Assembly (NCBI GenBank): GCA_963820855.1
Contig: CAWGBY010000009.1
Coordinates: 400,034-464,033 of the forward strand
Direction of reading: 5' to 3'
DNA from: an uncultured Acidobacteriota bacterium
GTDB lineage: Bacteria > Acidobacteriota > Vicinamibacteria > Marinacidobacterales > SMYC01
Length of the DNA: 64,000 bases
The stretch's first letter is position 1; every line of letters starts with the position of its first letter. The notes under the pieces were generated by a model. It did not search any database. It was given only the letters and a program-made list of their open reading frames with translations, and was not told the DNA's origin. A program made the translations under genes and the position numbers. Below, in pieces: positions 56,196-64,000 of the stretch.

Positions 56196-57209
56196 TTACC
56201 GTTCCAGAAAGGCGCGAATCGCCTTCTCCACCCGCTCTCCGTCGCAGAGGGAAAGAACGTGGCCGCAGTCATTCTCGAGTGCGAGGGAGCCCTGGCCGAG
56301 GAGCTCCGCGAACTCGAGTGCTGGCCCCGGGGTCACCATGTGGTCGGTGAGCCCGACCACGTTCAGCACGTCGGCCGAAACGACGCCGGCCGCTTTCGCC
56401 ATCGAGCCGCCAAAGGAGCGCGAGACATCGTGGCCGAGCATCGCCTGGAGCTGTGCCCTTTGATCGTACATGCTCTCCATCGCGCCCGCTTTCGCATCCT
56501 CCAGGAGCTTCCCGAGGGAATCCCGGGGTGTCGTGCGCGCGTGATACTCCGGCGTCTCGAGGGCGAGAGCGCTCACCATTCCCACGACGGGGGCCGCGTT
56601 CTCGATGTCTCCGGACTGGCGCGCGAGCTCGATCGCTTCGAGCTCCGTCCGCCACAAGAGCAAATCATACGTACCGAGCCGCGGCGATCCCACGATCGGC
56701 ACGGCCTTCTTCATGAAACCGGGATGAGCGACCATCCATTCGAAGGTCTGCATTCCTCCCATGGAGATTCCCATGACCGCGTGAAGCCGCTCGATGCCGA
56801 GGATCTCCGTCACGAGGCGGCGCTGGGCCTTCACCATGTCGCCGATCCCGATCCGGGGGAACGCGTCGTCTCTCTGACGGGCGCTGTTCGATGGTGAGGA
56901 CGAGACCCCGTTCGCGAAGGCGTCGACGGCGATGAGGAAGAACTTCGTCGTATCCACCGCGGATACGGACCCCGTGGTGAAAAGATCCTCCGAAGTGCCG
57001 GTGAACCAGGTGGGAAAAAGGATCGCGTTCGTCTTCCGCGCGTCGAGCGTCCCAGCGGTGCGGTAAGCGAGCTTCGCGTCGAGAAGGGTCTCGCCGCTCT
57101 CGAGCTCGAAGTCGCCGAGCTCGGCTGTCTGGAGTGGCGGCGCTTCGAGCGCGACGACGGAGGCAGAGGCGTATAGAGTGAAAGACAAAAGGACGAATCG
57201 ATGGATCAC
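56196..57209 (-). CDS. Alpha/beta hydrolase, homoserine acetyltransferase-like, with signal peptide
   Basis: FELESGE, YRT.G.L, PTWF.G, SSSPSN, GISMGGMQ nucleophile elbow, D..V.P, CGH. Confidence 0.85.
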   Translation of the reverse strand: MIHRFVLLSFTLYASASVVALEAPPLQTAELGDFELESGETLLDAKLAYRTAGTLDARKTNAILFPTWFTGTSEDLFTTGSVSAVDTTKFFLIAVDAFANGVSSSPSNSARQRDDAFPRIGIGDMVKAQRRLVTEILGIERLHAVMGISMGGMQTFEWMVAHPGFMKKAVPIVGSPRLGTYDLLLWRTELEAIELARQSGDIENAAPVVGMVSALALETPEYHARTTPRDSLGKLLEDAKAGAMESMYDQRAQLQAMLGHDVSRSFGGSMAKAAGVVSADVLNVVGLTDHMVTPGPALEFAELLGQGSLALENDCGHVLSLCDGERVEKAIRAFLER

Positions 57210-57274
57210 AATTCGGATATTCTATCTTCACTCATTCCTGAGAGGTTGCGTCCGTTCAGGCGAAGCCGGCCATC

Positions 57275-57958
57275 TCACTGACTCTTTGGTTGAGGTTCCC
57301 TGGAAACAATCTCGTGGCACCGAGCGCGAATCGAACGCGGGATTGGCCACGAGACCCGACCTTCCTTGCCTTTGATTCGAACGACCAGTTCTGCCTCGCG
57401 ATCTTCTTCCCCGAACAGTGGCACGCCTTCGGAAGTCACCAGCGGGAATACGAGCCAGAAAACGTCATACGCGTAGTCCCTGCGATTCGTACCCGATAGT
57501 GCTTTGACGGTCCTCAGCTCCGGCTGGTAGACGCCGCGGACGGCGGGTTCGGACACGTCGGGCGACTTGGCCCGCAGGAATGCCGCCCAGTCGTTGGGAA
57601 CGATTCCCGAGCCCTCTCGCGGGTCTATCTCCACGAGGATCACCGAATCGCCGCGGCGCTCCGCGTCTCGAACCAGCTCCATCGCGGTTTCGTCGTCGAG
57701 GGCTTCTTGAAGCTGGTGTATTCGCGCGGAGGCACGAATCACCTCGGGGGTCAGCCAGGTGGATCGCAGCTTGTAGTTGTATGAATTCTCCGTGCCGATG
57801 ACACGAGTATCCAACCAGCCGCCCACCCGGCCGTCGACTCTCATCGACTTTCCAATTTCGCTGGCTTGCTTGTCGCTCCAGGAGAGAAACGGTTCCCGTT
57901 CCTGTGCCGACTCTCCGGCGCCCGCCACGAAAGCGGAGATGAGAATTGCCGCGATCAA
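57275..57958 (-). CDS. Secreted hypothetical protein
   Basis: Signal-like N-terminus, protein-like composition, 4-bp overlap with upstream gene. Confidence 0.65.
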   Translation of the reverse strand: MIAAILISAFVAGAGESAQEREPFLSWSDKQASEIGKSMRVDGRVGGWLDTRVIGTENSYNYKLRSTWLTPEVIRASARIHQLQEALDDETAMELVRDAERRGDSVILVEIDPREGSGIVPNDWAAFLRAKSPDVSEPAVRGVYQPELRTVKALSGTNRRDYAYDVFWLVFPLVTSEGVPLFGEEDREAELVVRIKGKEGRVSWPIPRSIRARCHEIVSREPQPKSQ

Positions 57959-58593
57959 TGCGAGCGATCCCGCCGGAGCACCGTGATGAGCTCCGACCCG
58001 CCGAAAGCGCTGGACGCGACGGTCATCCCCACGACCTCGAACCCGCCTTCCGTCGCCTCTTGCAGTTCTTTCTGCATCGTCGACGTCTTGTTCGTCGCGA
58101 GAAGCTTGAACTCACGCATTTTCGGCGCCGCCCCCGCCTGTCGCTCGCTGATCAATACAACTTCCTGGCCTCCAAAGGTCGACGAGAAAACCGTCTGCCC
58201 TCGATACTCGAATCCCGCATCGGCTGCCTCTTGCAGTTCTTTCTGCATGGTGGAGGTCTTGCTCGTCGCGAGGAGCTTGTATTCGAAGTGCTCGTCGCTA
58301 GGCGTCCCCACGGGCTTATTCATAATCACGACGACTTCCGACCCGCCAAAGCCGGTCTCGCCTCCCATCACTGCCACGAAACGATATCCAGCTTCGCCGG
58401 CTTCGTTGAGCTCCTTTTCCATGGTCGAGGTCTTCTTCGTCGCCAGCACCCTGTAGTCCTTTTGGATCGAAGCCTCCTCCTGTCCCGAAGATACAACTGC
58501 TTTGGACAGTGCCTCGGCACTGATGGTGGCTGCCGCTCCCAAGCAGAAGAATATCCACACGAACGCGTTGAGGGATTTCCACAGATTTAGCAT
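57955..58593 (-). CDS. Secreted protein with three tandem ~55-aa repeats (DUF4177-like)
   Basis: AGGAGG RBS; signal peptide; three copies of (Y/F)(R/K)xLATxKTSTMxKELxEAxxxG(Y/F)...FGGxE. Confidence 0.8.
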   Translation of the reverse strand: MLNLWKSLNAFVWIFFCLGAAATISAEALSKAVVSSGQEEASIQKDYRVLATKKTSTMEKELNEAGEAGYRFVAVMGGETGFGGSEVVVIMNKPVGTPSDEHFEYKLLATSKTSTMQKELQEAADAGFEYRGQTVFSSTFGGQEVVLISERQAGAAPKMREFKLLATNKTSTMQKELQEATEGGFEVVGMTVASSAFGGSELITVLRRDRSH

Positions 58594-58894
58594 GTTTCCT
58601 CCTACGGGCGTCTATTGAAACGCTGGGCGAGCGGTAGGTTCACCCAGGCCGGTTGAAGTTTTCAGTTGGATTTCGATCTGCAAATAGGCTACCAGCCACT
58701 GCTGGATGAGTCAACGGGTGAGCGCGCGATCGGAATCCAATCCACGCCGTGGCGCCGCCGTAAACGTGGCAAGCGTTCGAACTGCGCTTCGAACCGCATC
58801 GATCAGCGGTCGCGTTTGACTTCGGTTGTGCCCGTCTGCTTTCGACGTCAATACGCAGCAGTGTCTTCGGCTGCCTTTGGCCCGGCCATGATGG

Positions 58895-60820
58895 TCAAGG
58901 GTTCGTGGGAGGTCGGTCCACTCCGTTCCAGAGCGTTCCGAGAACGTAGGGACGCGAGACGTCCCCGTGCTCGAAGGCGACCAGTACCTCGTCGTCGACC
59001 TCGGGGAGCGTGAACCCTGCACCCACGATCGGAACCGCAAGTCGGGCCCAGTTGCTCTGTGCGCCAGGAAGCCACGGGAAGCGCACCTTCACGCGAAAGA
59101 GGCGATCGGGGTCCGTGTTGTCCGTGACGATCGCCGACACGGTGCCCGGAAAACTCGGAACGGGAGTGCGCGCTTCCGGCCGGAAGGGAACGTCCGACGG
59201 AATCGCCGTGAACGCGTTTCCATAGGCGAAACAATTCTCGGTCTTGTGCACCACGTGGCGGACGCCGGTCACGACGTAGCTTCCATTGAACGCGGAGCCC
59301 ACGCCCGCGATAGCGATCTGCTTTCCGGCGCGAATGCCGGGAGAGTTGCTGGTGCCGGTGCGTGCTTCGGCGCTCGAGCGCTCGCGCCCGAGGATTGCCT
59401 GCGCGCGACTCCGAGCCCGCTCCGGGCTGACGGCGTCCGCGGCATAGGTGCTGATTTCCCCGAGTCCCGCGGACGTGGCTTCTCCCGTCACGACATTCTT
59501 TCTCACGTAGTCCCATCCACGGACGGTCACTCTCGCCGGGCTCGATGAGCCGCCTACCCGGAAGCTGCTGACGATCTCCGCCGTCCCCGGATCGGCGAAA
59601 TGTCCGTTGTACGGAAGCGCGGGGCCCGCGCTGAAGACGCTGTTGACGTTCGCGATGACGATGCGGCCGTCATCAGCGATGTGATAGTGGATGCCCTCCC
59701 GCTCCAGCAGGCGGCTCACGAAGTCGAGTGCGCTCTCGTCCCACTGCGCTTCGTAGTCGATATTGCCCGGGCCCCCGATGACGCTGAACGAGAAAAGGAG
59801 GTCGAAATCTTGCAATACGATTTCGACGATGTTGGAGAGACTCTGCTGCTCGAACGTAGAGAAGCCGCTGACGGATCGCGCTCGAACCAGAGCGGGCTCG
59901 ATGGTCAGGACGTGAACCGAGCCGCCGGGAATCGTTCCGCCGTACTCCACGGAGGTCACGATTCCTCGCAACGTCGCGGCCGAAAGGTTCGCGATCTGAA
60001 GCGACACATCGCTTCCCACGAGAGCGGGCGGGTCGGAGCTCGCGGTTCGCACCGCGACGCGGAACAAGAAGGGGGAGGAAAGGAGCTCCTCGCCGTAGAC
60101 GCCCACCACTTCGCCACCGGCTCCCGCGAGCGTGACCGCGGCCCCCGAGCCGCACTGGGCGGGCGTCAGGGCGGCGAGAGGAACCGCCACCTGGGCGGCG
60201 TCGACTCCGAGAAGGGCCGCGAGGTTCTCCCTCGGATCGGACGAAGCCCCCGGCGGACCTTGAGGACCCTCCGGTCCCAGGAGAGAAGCAAACCGAGCCC
60301 AGCTTCCGTCGTTTCGATACGCGTCACCCGAGCTTCCGTCGAGGTAGAGGTCCCCCGGTTTCCCCAGTGCCGAAGGTGGTGGGCCATCGCCGGTGAACCA
60401 GAGACTTCCGTCTCTTCCGGGAATCCCCGTCTCGCCTCGATCCCCTTGCCGTCCTTCCGGCCCCGGCGGTCCTTCGGGCCCTTGCGGACCGAGCGCGCCG
60501 AGAGTCACGTCCATGGCGGACAAGTCGTCGATTCGGAGCGATTGCTTTCCCGAGCGGGTGACGATCAGAAGGTAGGTTCCGGGCTCGAGGGATGGCAGCT
60601 CCGCCTGGATCGATGAATCCGTAGAGTGCAGCACGTGGAGCCGGATCCCGTCCAGCCACACCGCGGGGTCCTTCCCGAAGCTCGCGCCCTGAACGAAGAG
60701 AATCTCGCGGGCTTCATCCGGTATCACCCTGGAAATGAACGGTTTCGAGTTGGCGTCGGCCTCCATCACCCGAAGGAAGACGAGAACGAGAACGGAACCG
60801 AGACGCGCGAACTTCCCCAT
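58895..60820 (-). CDS. Signal peptide + Ig/TIG-like + collagen + VgrG (gp27 hub and gp5 OB-fold) fusion lacking the spike
   Basis: Uninterrupted 641-aa ORF; GEELLSSPFLF, YEAQWDESALDFVSRLLEREGIHY, IPSDVPFRP..TP, RVKVRFPW, WAR, LPEVDDEVLVAFEHGD..PYVLGTLWN. Confidence 0.88.
   Translation of the reverse strand: MGKFARLGSVLVLVFLRVMEADANSKPFISRVIPDEAREILFVQGASFGKDPAVWLDGIRLHVLHSTDSSIQAELPSLEPGTYLLIVTRSGKQSLRIDDLSAMDVTLGALGPQGPEGPPGPEGRQGDRGETGIPGRDGSLWFTGDGPPPSALGKPGDLYLDGSSGDAYRNDGSWARFASLLGPEGPQGPPGASSDPRENLAALLGVDAAQVAVPLAALTPAQCGSGAAVTLAGAGGEVVGVYGEELLSSPFLFRVAVRTASSDPPALVGSDVSLQIANLSAATLRGIVTSVEYGGTIPGGSVHVLTIEPALVRARSVSGFSTFEQQSLSNIVEIVLQDFDLLFSFSVIGGPGNIDYEAQWDESALDFVSRLLEREGIHYHIADDGRIVIANVNSVFSAGPALPYNGHFADPGTAEIVSSFRVGGSSSPARVTVRGWDYVRKNVVTGEATSAGLGEISTYAADAVSPERARSRAQAILGRERSSAEARTGTSNSPGIRAGKQIAIAGVGSAFNGSYVVTGVRHVVHKTENCFAYGNAFTAIPSDVPFRPEARTPVPSFPGTVSAIVTDNTDPDRLFRVKVRFPWLPGAQSNWARLAVPIVGAGFTLPEVDDEVLVAFEHGDVSRPYVLGTLWNGVDRPPTNP
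60242..60499 (-). repeat. Collagen-like Gly-X-Y repeats
   Basis: Ten triplets (GAL GPQ GPE GPP GPE GRQ GDR GET GIP GRD) and four more (GPE GPQ GPP GAS), separated by a WFTGDGPP..GKPGDLYLD..GDAY..W unit. Confidence 0.85.
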
Positions 60821-60878
60821 AGACCCCCCCTTTTGGTTTGCTTCGCGCCGATCATTATATGATCCCTCGCGGACCGGG

Positions 60879-62068
60879 ATGACGAACGCTTCGGAAGCTG
60901 GAGATGGTCGGGAAGCGCCTCGTTCCGACGACAGAATGACGCGAGTCGGCCCCGGAACGCCGGCGGGTGAGCTTCTCCGTCGCTACTGGCAGCCGGTGGG
61001 GGTCGCTTCGGACCACCCGCTGCCGCGGATCTGGCAAAGCCCGTTCGGGTTCTGGGAGAGGATCTCGTTCTCTTTCGCGACGGAGAAGGGAAGCTCGGAC
61101 TTCTCGATTCCCATTGCTGCCATCGAGGGACGTCACTCCACTACGGCCGAGTGGAGCGCGCAGGGAATCCGCTGCTGCTACCACGGCTGGCTCTTCGACG
61201 TCGCCGGCCGGTGTCTCGATCAGCCGTGCGAGCCCGCCGAGAGCACGTACAAGGAGCGCGTGCGCCAGCCGTCGTATCCATGCCGCGAGTACCACGGTCT
61301 CGATCTTCGCGTACATGGGTCCTCCCGATCGGATGCCCGCGTTTCCCCGTTTCGACATTCTCGAAGAAGGCGACGGTGTCGTCGTCGCCGACGGAACCTC
61401 ATACGGCCTCGGCGGAGGAGAGATCCTCGAGTGCAACTGGCTCCAGATCTTCGAGAATGTGATGGATCCCTTCCACGTCTTCGTCCTGCACAATGCGTTC
61501 AGCGGGCAGCAGTTCACGACAAGCCCTCGCCGTTCGTCCTCGGGTGAGCTGGGAGACGACGGCAGGAGGAATGCGCTCGATCCAGGATCGCGATACCGCC
61601 AGGACGGAGGAGTCTTCCGGCGGATCACGGAAGTGCTGCTGCCCAACGTGCGCATCGTGCCGAGCGTAGGCGGCGAAGGGGCGATCGGCGCGCGCCCGCC
61701 ACGTGGGGTGGATTCTTCCGATCGACGACACCAGGACGCGTATGTACTCTCTTCTTCGCGTTGCGGTCGAGGCTTCCGGTCCCGTTCTTCCGCCACGGGC
61801 GCGCCACGGAGGAAAGCTCTGGGCGGAGCTCACGGAAGAGGAGCACCGGCGAATGCCGGGCGACGCCGAGGCAATGGTGAGTCAGGGACCGATCGTCGCG
61901 CGCAACCGCGAGCATCTCGCATCGAGCGACCGCGGCGTCATCCTCATTCGCCAGCGCATCCGGGAGGCTCTGGATTCCGTCGAGCGAGGCGAGGATCCGC
62001 CCGGGGTCACGCGCGTCGCCGGCGATCCAATCGTCACCACCACCGCCGGAAATCTCGTCCTGGCATGA
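60879..62068 (+). CDS. Rieske non-heme iron oxygenase (phthalate dioxygenase/LigX-like), several indels
   Basis: TRVGPGTPAGELLRRYWQP, HCCHRG in a shifted frame, CCYHGWLFD, CNWLQ..ENVMDPFH..LH, QGPI..EHLASSDRGV. Confidence 0.88.
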
Positions 62069-63754
62069 CGTCGTTCTCGCGCCCTCGTCTGGGTGTGGGC
62101 CTTCTCGTCCTGGTCCTCGCCGTTCTCACGCTCCCTCCCCTTCTCATGCTCCTCTACGGAAGCCTTCACACGACTCCTCCTGGGAGAGCCGGGGGAGTTC
62201 TCTTTGGCGGGTTACCGGGCGCTCGCGAACTTCGAGGACCGCCGCGGTCCTCGCCAACACCGTGGGCATCTCGCTCGTAAAGACCGTTCTCTCCATGGTT
62301 CTCGCGCTCGGCCTCGCGTGGATCGTCGCGCGCACCGATACGCCCGGGCGAGGGACGCTCGAAGCGTTGATCGCTCTTCCCTTCTTCATTCCTCCGATTC
62401 TCACCGCGACCGCGTGGGGAATGCTCGGAACCCCCCGGGGCGGGCTCATCAATCTGGCGTGGACCGCTCTCAGCGGATCCGCCGAGCCTCTCGTGAACGT
62501 TTACTCGTACGGCGGAGTGGTCTGGCACATGATGCAGTACACGACGCCGTTCCTGTTCCTGCTCTTCACGACCGCTTTCCGCTCCATGGATCCCTCCCTC
62601 GAGGAATCGAGTCGGATGTCGGGAGCGTCCTCCTGGGCGACGTTTCGACGAGTGACTCTCTCGCTTGATGCTTCCCGTCACCACGAGCGCTTTCATTCTC
62701 GCGTTCATCCGCGGCGTCGAGGCCTTCGAATCCCCGATGTTCTTCGGGACGCCGGCCCGCATTCAGGTCCTCACGACCGAGATCTACAACTCGATCCATC
62801 ACGACACCGAGCCCGACTACCAGGCGGCGACGGCGCTCGCTCTCTTCGTCGCCGGACTCCTCTCGCTCCTCATCGTCTGGCAGTGGCGCCTTCTGGGTAC
62901 GCGCAGCTTTCTGACCGTCACCGGACGGGGCTATCGGCCGCGGGTGACGCCGCTCGGCTCGCTCCGATGGGTCACCTTCGGCATCGCCCTCGCCTTCGTC
63001 GTCGTGACCGTCGCGCTTCCCGTCGGCCAGCTTCTCCTCGGCTCGTTCTTCAAGTTCTTCGGTTTCTACCAGAGGGAGATGCTCACTCTCGAGCACTACC
63101 GCGAAGTCTGGAAAAGCCGTCTCGTCTGGAGAGCGCTCGGAAATACGCTCCTCCTGGGATTCGGCGCGTCGACCGCCGCGATGCTTCTGGGATCCGTGGC
63201 GGCCTATGTCGTCGTGCGCACGCGGCTTCCGATGCGGCGGGTCGTCGAGGTCCTCGCCTGGCTCCCCTGGTTGATGCCGGGAATGGTCCTCGGGGTGGGT
63301 CTCCTCTGGGCCTACGCGTTCTTGCCCGGACCTTTCGCTCTCTACGGAACGAGGTGGGCGCTTCTCTTCGCGTATCTCACGCTCTCGATTCCGCTCGCGG
63401 TGCGGACCATGGCGGGAGCGTTCTCCCGCATCGGGGCCGACCTCGAGGAATGCTCGCGGGTCCATGGCGCGGGCTTCTGGACGACGTTCCGGAGGATCCT
63501 TCTGTCGCTCTCCTGGCCCAGTTTCGCCGTCGGCTGGATCTTCTCTGTTCTTCATCATCCTGCGCGAGCTCTCGGCCTCGATCCTGCTCTACGGTCCGGG
63601 AAGCGAGGTATTGTCGGTCGTGATGATGCGCCTCTGGAGCGAAGGAAAGGCCGAGGAGGTGAGCGTCGTCGCGCTCATCATGCTGGTATTCGTCTTCGCG
63701 TTTCGCTTCCTCGAATCACGCATCGCAAAAAAGCACGAGGTGGGCTCATGGTGA
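62065..63754 (+). CDS. ABC transporter permease, FbpB/ThiP-type with two repeats (several indels)
   Basis: RTD.PGR, MDPSLEESSRMSGA and LEECSRVHGA EAA loops, many TM helices. Confidence 0.87.
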
Positions 63755-64000
63755 TTGCTCTCGCCGCGGCGATACTCGCCGCGGGTCTGGGCCAGAATTC
63801 CGCCGAATGGCAAAAGGTCGTCGAGGCCGCGAAGCGGGAAGGTGAAGTCGTTCTCTACAGCGCTCTCGTCGGCGCGCCCTCGACGGAGAGGATCGCCGAG
63901 GCCTTCGAGGCGAAGTATGGGATTCCCGTCGAGACCCTCGAGGCGCGCGCGAGCGAGCTTCTCGAGCGCGTCCGCACCGAGCAGGCTTCCGGCCGATCGC
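63748..64000 (+). CDS. ABC substrate-binding protein (Fe3+/thiamine-type), truncated by window end
   Basis: ATG 63748, signal peptide, WQKVVEAAKREGEVVLYS..FEAKYGI.V..ELLERVRTE. Confidence 0.8.
   Translation, partial: MVIALAAAILAAGLGQNSAEWQKVVEAAKREGEVVLYSALVGAPSTERIAEAFEAKYGIPVETLEARASELLERVRTEQASGRS

Noticed and set aside
58711-59040. Frameshifted continuation giving the VgrG a gp5 needle
   Set aside because: Neither alternative frame past 58895 shows beta-helix repeats or a convincing S..GH...DD motif; both close within about 190 bp.
58895-60820. Prophage, T6SS or eCIS locus
   Set aside because: No other structural, integrase or tss/afp genes are in the window; flanks are metabolic or unknown genes.

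Overview
High-GC bacterial chromosomal segment. Gene content and style suggest a diderm organism, probably Acidobacteriota (Vicinamibacteria-like); this is inference, not demonstrated. The left part holds a LapB-like/ComF/ECF-STAS group, a stand-alone lpxC with a sigma-54-type promoter, a type IIA topoisomerase pair in A-then-B order (topo IV-like), GT2/GT-C glycosyltransferases and an atypical ychF. The centre (16.5-33.5 kb) is a complete dcw cluster, mraZ to ftsZ, with murB but no ddl. The right part is accessory. It encodes a modular secreted metallopeptidase, a radical SAM protein, pgeF, a GH127-like hydrolase, a PQQ dehydrogenase, three more GT-C enzymes, a serine hydrolase, an ECF sigma-ankyrin fusion with a paralogous ankyrin gene, an RRM protein, LemA/DUF2207, a Rieske oxygenase and an ABC transporter. 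Many genes, including essential ones, are split by 1-bp indels that look like long-read errors, so they are annotated as intact CDSs with approximate ends. The most striking feature is an uninterrupted orphan gene at 58895-60820. It fuses a Sec-type signal peptide, an Ig/TIG-like domain and collagen repeats to a VgrG/gp27 hub and gp5 OB-fold with no needle, and no T6SS or eCIS genes lie in the window. No tRNA, rRNA, CRISPR array or transposase was recognised.
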